IMG/VR virus record: IMGVR_UViG_3300050499_000085
Strand: one strand, 5' to 3'
Length of the DNA: 46,359 bases
From: a virus
The position numbers and the translations under genes were made by a program. This document shows positions 40,544 through 46,359 of this stretch, in pieces. Position 1 is the stretch's first letter; each line of letters opens with the position of its first letter. Below the pieces are notes generated by a model. That model did no database searches, was not told the origin of the DNA, and saw nothing but the letters and a program-made list of their open reading frames with translations.

Positions 40544-42040
40544 ATGCCGTTCTATGGCGCGCAGGGGTTTGTCGATGCCTTCCAGCAGATGCCGATCAAC
40601 CGGCTGCACGCGCAACAGGCGCTGGGCGCGCAGATGGCGGTGGAGGCCGAGCGCCGCAGGCTCGCCGCCGAGCCGCTGCTAGGGCAGACGTGGTACGAAC
40701 TAGCGCACCAAGCCCCGCAACAGGTGCCGCTGCCGCAGCCGCCCATGCCCGGCCAGCAGTCGCTGCCGATGTCGCAGCCGGGACCGGCGGGGATGTATCC
40801 GCCGCCGCAGGTAAGTCAGTTGCCGCGCCCGCCGACCTTGATGGCTGGCGTGCCGCCGGGCGTGCCGCTGCCTCCGCCACAGGCGATGCAGGGGATGCCG
40901 CTGCCGGGGCCGCAGGGGATGCAGGAGCCGCTTTACCGTCCGCTGCGCGCCGACGCGCTGGGCGAGGGCATGGCCTCGCGCCTGCCCCCGCTCCTGTCGC
41001 TTCGCTCCGGCGCGCTGGACACCGGCCAGACGCAGGTGCCGATGCGGCCCGACGCGCAGCGCCCGGTGGGGCTCGATCCAGCGGGCAACCCGACCGTGCG
41101 CGCCGTGGGCGAGCCGGGGGTGCAGGTGATCCTGAACCGCAACGATCCGCAGGCTTCACGTGGAACGCCCAGCCTGCCCGTGCCCGACGGCGCCTCGGTG
41201 GTGCCCGGTGGTGCCGCCGCGCCCGGCGATCCGCTGGCGGGCGGCATGTCGCAGGCGCCCGGTGGCCTGCCCGCCCCGCCGATGGAGCAGCCCGCCGCTG
41301 GCGCAGGAGCGCCCGGCGCACAGATGGGCATGCCGAGTTTCCTGCAGAGCCCCGACATGATGGAGTTCATCCGCGCCGCCAAGCGCGTAGGCGTCGATCC
41401 TCGCGATCTGCCTGAGATGGTGAGGAGCGCCAATCCGATCATGGCGAAGGAGATGGCGGCAGCGCAGGCCGCGCAGAACGCATGGTTGCGCACCTACGAG
41501 GCCGAGATGCGGATGGGAATGGCCGACCGCCGTATCGAGTCCGCCGAGCGCATCGCCGCTGGGGTGCAGGAGGGCCGTGACCGCGACCGCGAACTGCGCG
41601 CCCAGCATTACGCCGACTTGAAAGAGAAGTGGGAACGCAAGGACGAGATCGACCGAGGCAAGCTCAAGGCATACGAAACCAAGGCCAGGACCGGCACGCT
41701 GATGAACAACGCCGTGTACCGCTCCACGCTGGAGAAGTACAAGCAGGAGATGCAGAACTGGCGTGCCACGATGAACATCATCAACAACCCGATGATCGAT
41801 CCGAAGGCGCTGCCTGCGGCATTCGAAACGGCGCGCGATCAGCGCGCGCGCATCGACTCGCTGGAAGAAATGCTCAACGGCATCTCGGGTATCGGCGAGA
41901 CGAAGGAAGGCAAGGAGGTCGATCAACCAGCCGCTGGTACGACGCAGCTTGCGGCACCGCCGATTGGCACCGTCCAGAAAGGCTACCGCTTCAAGGGCGG
42001 CGATCCCGGCAGTCCGGGCAGCTGGGAAAAGGCGGACTGA
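40544..42040 (+). CDS. Internal virion/ejection-type protein candidate, 498 aa, Pro/Gln-rich N-terminal half and charged helical C-terminal half
   Basis: AAGGAG RBS before ATG 40544. The upstream part of the track ORF is an Arg-rich overlap. Confidence 0.6.
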   Translation: MPFYGAQGFVDAFQQMPINRLHAQQALGAQMAVEAERRRLAAEPLLGQTWYELAHQAPQQVPLPQPPMPGQQSLPMSQPGPAGMYPPPQVSQLPRPPTLMAGVPPGVPLPPPQAMQGMPLPGPQGMQEPLYRPLRADALGEGMASRLPPLLSLRSGALDTGQTQVPMRPDAQRPVGLDPAGNPTVRAVGEPGVQVILNRNDPQASRGTPSLPVPDGASVVPGGAAAPGDPLAGGMSQAPGGLPAPPMEQPAAGAGAPGAQMGMPSFLQSPDMMEFIRAAKRVGVDPRDLPEMVRSANPIMAKEMAAAQAAQNAWLRTYEAEMRMGMADRRIESAERIAAGVQEGRDRDRELRAQHYADLKEKWERKDEIDRGKLKAYETKARTGTLMNNAVYRSTLEKYKQEMQNWRATMNIINNPMIDPKALPAAFETARDQRARIDSLEEMLNGISGIGETKEGKEVDQPAAGTTQLAAPPIGTVQKGYRFKGGDPGSPGSWEKAD

Positions 42041-42043
42041 TCC

Positions 42044-45000
42044 GTGGCGGGACCGTGGCAAGACTACGAGAGTGCGGCACCCGCCGAGCCAGCAGCGGGG
42101 CCGAGGGGACCGTGGCAGGACTACGGTCCCATCAAGGAGGGCGGGCAGACCGCCGCACCGGCTGGACCGTGGCAGGACTACGCCGCGCCCTCCCCTCCTC
42201 CAGGGCCAGCGGGCAAGATCGTGGTCGAGCTTCCGCCGCTGCGCAAGCTGGGCCCCGCCGAGCACGAGGCCGAGCAGCGCAAGTTCGATACTCAGGTGGG
42301 GCAGGAGGAACAGGCGGCAAGGTCTTCAAACCTGCAGGCAATCGACCGCGAACTGCGCGTCAACAAGAATCCAGCGGCGCGTGAGATTCTGCTTAAAGAA
42401 CGCGCGCGAATTGCCTTGGGCGAAGCTAAAAAGACGCACGGCCCGGCGGTGCCCGCCCCGTACCGCAATCCCAAGCCGGTCAATCTGCCTGGACCTTCGG
42501 CGGGGCTAGACTTCTACGAACGCTACGTCACCCCGTTCGCCGAGAACGCGCTGGCGCTGGGCAGCGGCATGGTGGCCGCGCCGGTGGCCGGACTCTCGGG
42601 CATGGCGGCGCTGCCGGTGCCCGGCGTGTCCGCAGCCGACGTGGTGAACCGCGTGCAAAGCGGGCTCACCTACGCCCCGCGCACGCGCGGCGGAGAGCAG
42701 CAGAGCCAACGCTTCGGGCACCTCATGGAGTATCCCTCGCGCCCGGCGATGGCGGCAGGCGAGGCGCTGGCCGATGCAGGCTATCCCAACGCCGCGGTGG
42801 TGGCGCGCACCGCACTCGATCCGTGGGCGTGGCTGGCGATCTATGGTGGCTTGCCCAGGGGCGGCCCGCCGCTGCGTCCGAGCGCAGCCCCGCAGGTGCC
42901 GTGGCAAGGGCAAGGACTGTCCCGCCCGCCCGCCCCGCGCCCGCCCTCGCCGCCCGGTCCCATGCCGCCCGCCCCGACGCCACCGGGCGGTGTGCCGCGC
43001 ACTGAGCCCAGCTTGGGCCAGTACCCCGAAGTCACGGGCCCGGAATTTAGCCCGCTGGGCCGCGACATCGCGCCCCTGGAGCGCCGTCCCGAACCGGCGC
43101 TGGGCGGTCTTCCGGAGCCCAGCAAGCCGGAGTTCCCCAACGCCGACATCACGCAGAACGTGGGCGGTTTCGAGTTCGACCGCATTGCCCCGTCCAAGAA
43201 GCCGCGCCTCAAGGGTCCGCCCGCCACCGAGCGCGAGGTGCCGGGCAGCGTGCAGGTCGGCGATCAGCCGCCCATAGCAGTCGGCGAGCCCGCCTTGCCA
43301 ACGCCTCCTGTGCAACAGGTTGGTGCTCTGGCACCAGAGCAAACGCCAATCGCACCTGCGCCCGATTTGGGCGGTTTGCCGCCCCCGCCGCAGGGCGAAC
43401 TGCCGCCCGTCCCGCCCTCGCCCGGCCACAGCGCCCGCCTGGACTTCACCGGGCAGACCGTGGCGAAGGGGCCGGAGTTGCCGCGCCCGCCCTACGAGCC
43501 GCCGATTCCCGAGGGCGAACTAGACTTCTCCGGCAGGAGCACCGCGCGCTACGACCTGACCAGCCCGGACGATGTGGCCGCTGGCGTGCATGTGGTCGAG
43601 GACACCAGCCGCCGCACCGGCGGCACGGAGGAGGGCCGGGGCTACCAGCACAAGCAGACCATCGCCTTCCGCACCAAGATCGAGGAGTACCTGTTCAAGA
43701 GCGCGACCGAGGGCCAGAAGCAGGACATGTGGTTCAACCGGCTGCAGGACCGGGTGCGCAACCTGGAGCCGGAAGAGTCTGGCTACGCTGATCTGGCGGA
43801 CATGACGATCCCCGAGTTGCAGCGCGCGGCCAAACGCTACCGCGATCAGGTGCGCACCCAAGTCGAAGCGGCGGCGCGCGACTACGAGGGCGAGCAAATC
43901 AACGTGCGGGCCCGGCCCTACGACCGCAGCGTGTACGAGGAGCCGGGCGCACCGCCTGCGCCGCCCGCACCGGAGCCCGGTGGTTTGCCGCTGCCGCCCG
44001 GCGGGGCCGCTGCCGCACCGGAAGAAGCGCCTGCGCCCGCCGAGGCGCCCGCGCTGCCCCTGCCCCCGCGCCCGCCCGCCAAGCTCAAGGCCGAGACGCG
44101 CGGCGGGCTGGACCTGACCACCGACTCGCTCACCACCGCGATCTCCAAGCTGGGCGGGCTGTCGCGCGATCAGATGCTCGACATCGTGGGCGACACCAAG
44201 GGCAGCTACAAAACCAAGTCGGGCCTGTCGGTGTTCCGCAAGGGCGGCGCGGACATCGACACCATGTTGCAGCGGCTCTACGAGAATCACTACATCTCGG
44301 AGGAGAACTGGCTCAAGGACAACGGCAAGAGTTGGTTGGAGGAGGCGCTGCACGAGGAGATTGGCGGCACCAAGAAGCACTACTCGCTGGGCGGAGACGA
44401 GGAGGCGCGCTTCGCACGCATGCGTGACGACTATTACGGCGGCGGGCCGGGGAGCTTGAGCGCCAATCCGTGGTTCAACCCCAAGCGCATGCTCAAGGCC
44501 GTGCGCGAAGCGGTGCAGTCGCTGACCGGCATGACCGATGCCGGGCAGATCGGGGCCGGAGCCGGGGGGCGCGGCCACGGCATCGCGTGGCAGTACGACA
44601 ATCTGGTCGAGTCGGCGCGCATGACGGGCATGGAGGACATGGCGGCGGTCAAGCGCAACAAAGCCAACGCGGGCAGCGCCAAGCAGAAGCGCAAGGACAT
44701 TGGCACCCTCTCCGCAATCGAGGACGAGAACATCCACCTGCGCGAGATCGCGAGCCAGCGATTGAGTCAACGCTGGTCGCAGGAGGAACTGGACTTGGGC
44801 GATCCGCCCAGGACACCGGAGGCGATGGCGGTGGAGAACGAGAAGATACGCCGCCTGCTGGCGCGCGAGCAGCTGCAGCGCAAGCTGGTCAGCACCGGCG
44901 AGGCCGTCAACCTGAACCGCGCCGCGCACGGAGATACCGTGAAGCAGGAAGGGGCCAGCTTCCGCGAGTTGCCGATGTGGGCCACGCGCCTGCCCGGCGG

Positions 45001-46359
45001 CAATTACCTGCAGATCGCAGAGAAGTCGTTTCCGCAGGTCAAGCAGATGCTGCAGGCGCGCGACCCGATGGCTTTCGAGGAGCAGCTGGGCTTCTGGCGC
45101 GGGCTGGAGCAGACCATGCAGGGCTCGGTCAACGCCACCATGCTCAACCCGGCGTTCCACATGTTCACGGTGGCAAGCCGCATGGCGCCGTTCGAATTTA
45201 AATCCAACCCGTGGTGGACGCCCGACTCGCACCAGCGCGCGGTGCAGATGCTGGGCAACCGCGAACAGATGCAGCGCATGCGTGCCGATGGCTACCGTCA
45301 GTTCCCGGTGCGGCAGACCGACCTGCCCACCGGCGCGCAGATGGGCGCGGTCGAAAAGCTGATGCGAAAGCACCCCATGAGCGAGAAGACCTACGCGGCT
45401 TGGATCGGCTCGCACAACTGGATGGCGAAGTCGGTGAACTTCTGGCAGGCGATGTTCTACGACATGACCAAGGCCGACCTGATGAAGAAAGGTGCGCCGG
45501 AGCAGGCCGCGCACCTGATGGCGATCCGCAAGTCGAACACGATGGCGGGCAATCTCGCCAAGGCCGAGATGCGTCCCGGCTGGTGGAAGGGCATGGGGTC
45601 CACCTTCTTCTCGCGCGGCTATACCTCCACCGTGCTGCGGCAGCTGACGCGCTCCATTGCGCACGACAAGACCTTGCAGGCGGCGCTGCGCCAGCGCGGT
45701 TTCACCCCGGAGCAGGCGATGAAGCTGGTGCACCAGAACCGCGACGACTTCGCCGCCGCGCTGATGCGCGACTACATCATGTTCCAGACCTCGATGCAGG
45801 CGTGGAACTACACGGCCACCGCGCTGTACGACGAGGAGGACAAGCACGGCAACACGGGCGGGCACTTCACTTGGCAGAATAAGGGCTCGGAGGGGATCGG
45901 CGATGTGATTGCGCCCACGCGCGTGTTCTCGGGCCGCGACGAGGAAGGCAATGGCATCTACCTGCGCGCGCCGTTCCGTACCACGCTGGACATGCTGCTG
46001 TTCCTCAAGCAGCCCGCGCAGATTCTGAGCGGCGAGCGCCCGGAGTGGATCACGCATAAGGTGCATCCGATGGTGCGTGGTCTGCAGCAGCAGTTCTCGG
46101 GCGAGCACTTCGGCGGTCAGCCGATGGGCGACAGGCCCGCCACGCTCGCCAATATTGTTGAGAGCACCGTGCCGCCGCTGGGCGATACCGCGCACGCCGC
46201 CGCCGAAGCCTACCGCCAGCAAAACGCCGACTATCTGGCCGACTACCTCACGGGCGTGGTCAAGAATATCGGCGAGCATCCCTTCGTCACCGCCGGGAAT
46301 CTGATCGGCGCGCAGGTGCGGGTGGTCGATCCGCACTACGAGGCCAAGCGCGGGTCTAC
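42044..46359 (+). CDS. Giant internal virion/ejection-type protein (~1,522 aa in total). Runs off the window end and finishes at 380.
   Basis: GTG 42044, 3 nt after the upstream stop. No stop in this frame to the window end, which is why it is absent from the track. The 938-aa antisense ORF is its shadow. Confidence 0.8.
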   Translation, partial: MAGPWQDYESAAPAEPAAGPRGPWQDYGPIKEGGQTAAPAGPWQDYAAPSPPPGPAGKIVVELPPLRKLGPAEHEAEQRKFDTQVGQEEQAARSSNLQAIDRELRVNKNPAAREILLKERARIALGEAKKTHGPAVPAPYRNPKPVNLPGPSAGLDFYERYVTPFAENALALGSGMVAAPVAGLSGMAALPVPGVSAADVVNRVQSGLTYAPRTRGGEQQSQRFGHLMEYPSRPAMAAGEALADAGYPNAAVVARTALDPWAWLAIYGGLPRGGPPLRPSAAPQVPWQGQGLSRPPAPRPPSPPGPMPPAPTPPGGVPRTEPSLGQYPEVTGPEFSPLGRDIAPLERRPEPALGGLPEPSKPEFPNADITQNVGGFEFDRIAPSKKPRLKGPPATEREVPGSVQVGDQPPIAVGEPALPTPPVQQVGALAPEQTPIAPAPDLGGLPPPPQGELPPVPPSPGHSARLDFTGQTVAKGPELPRPPYEPPIPEGELDFSGRSTARYDLTSPDDVAAGVHVVEDTSRRTGGTEEGRGYQHKQTIAFRTKIEEYLFKSATEGQKQDMWFNRLQDRVRNLEPEESGYADLADMTIPELQRAAKRYRDQVRTQVEAAARDYEGEQINVRARPYDRSVYEEPGAPPAPPAPEPGGLPLPPGGAAAAPEEAPAPAEAPALPLPPRPPAKLKAETRGGLDLTTDSLTTAISKLGGLSRDQMLDIVGDTKGSYKTKSGLSVFRKGGADIDTMLQRLYENHYISEENWLKDNGKSWLEEALHEEIGGTKKHYSLGGDEEARFARMRDDYYGGGPGSLSANPWFNPKRMLKAVREAVQSLTGMTDAGQIGAGAGGRGHGIAWQYDNLVESARMTGMEDMAAVKRNKANAGSAKQKRKDIGTLSAIEDENIHLREIASQRLSQRWSQEELDLGDPPRTPEAMAVENEKIRRLLAREQLQRKLVSTGEAVNLNRAAHGDTVKQEGASFRELPMWATRLPGGNYLQIAEKSFPQVKQMLQARDPMAFEEQLGFWRGLEQTMQGSVNATMLNPAFHMFTVASRMAPFEFKSNPWWTPDSHQRAVQMLGNREQMQRMRADGYRQFPVRQTDLPTGAQMGAVEKLMRKHPMSEKTYAAWIGSHNWMAKSVNFWQAMFYDMTKADLMKKGAPEQAAHLMAIRKSNTMAGNLAKAEMRPGWWKGMGSTFFSRGYTSTVLRQLTRSIAHDKTLQAALRQRGFTPEQAMKLVHQNRDDFAAALMRDYIMFQTSMQAWNYTATALYDEEDKHGNTGGHFTWQNKGSEGIGDVIAPTRVFSGRDEEGNGIYLRAPFRTTLDMLLFLKQPAQILSGERPEWITHKVHPMVRGLQQQFSGEHFGGQPMGDRPATLANIVESTVPPLGDTAHAAAEAYRQQNADYLADYLTGVVKNIGEHPFVTAGNLIGAQVRVVDPHYEAKRGS
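42050..42220. repeat. 3 x 57-bp (19-aa) tandem repeats, each starting GPWQDY
   Basis: GGACCGTGGCA(A/G)GACTAC at 42050, 42107 and 42164, exactly 57 nt apart. Confidence 0.85.
46233..46359. repeat. Terminal direct repeat, right copy
   Basis: Identical to nt 1-127. Confidence 0.95.

Larger units (their letters stand above)
1..46359. mobile_element. Complete tailed dsDNA phage genome (unique length 46,232 bp), circularly closed or terminally redundant
   Basis: Identical 127-nt ends. One ORF runs off the 3' end and terminates at 380. Terminase, portal, scaffold, capsid, tail and recombination modules are all present. Confidence 0.9.

Noticed and set aside
43520-46336. 938-aa minus-strand ORF, the longest ORF in the track.
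   Set aside because: It is antisense to the stop-free plus-strand frame of the giant virion gene. The product is Arg/Leu/Ala/His-rich with no RBS context. This is a typical high-GC shadow ORF.

Overview
The window is one complete high-GC tailed-phage genome with a unique length of 46,232 bp. Nt 1-127 are repeated exactly at 46233-46359, and a ~1,522-codon virion-protein ORF crosses that junction, so the contig is circularly closed or terminally redundant.

Layout:
(i) A leftward early operon (about 11356 down to 2015) of ~27 tightly coupled small genes. It ends in a recombination module (Sak4-like ATPase, PD-(D/E)XK nuclease, RuvC-like resolvase) followed, unusually, by two PEP-CTERM secreted proteins. 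A small accessory island follows at 831-2010.
(ii) A 7 x 14-bp iteron-like array at 10685-10782 and a divergent control region at 11.4-11.8 kb with operator-like repeats.
(iii) A rightward block containing a DUF932 protein and small basic proteins. Next comes a 1.15-kb ORF-poor segment (15.1-16.25 kb) with a tRNA-like module and a promoter/terminator-bounded candidate small RNA. After that come a membrane protein plus beta-helix depolymerase, a double LuxR-HTH regulator, and a secreted YD-repeat-like protein with three small downstream genes.
(iv) The late operon: large terminase, portal, two paralogous 130-aa proteins, a 986-aa beta-helix tailspike, scaffold, HK97/N4-gp56-like capsid, adaptor/nozzle candidates, a collar-domain fibre, and three internal/ejection-type proteins.

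I could not recognise an integrase, repressor, DNA polymerase, helicase, tape measure, tube/sheath or canonical endolysin, so the virion is probably podovirus-like and the lifestyle is unresolved. All functional calls come from motif recognition by eye and from gene context, not from database searches. The many long antisense ORFs in the track are high-GC shadow ORFs.
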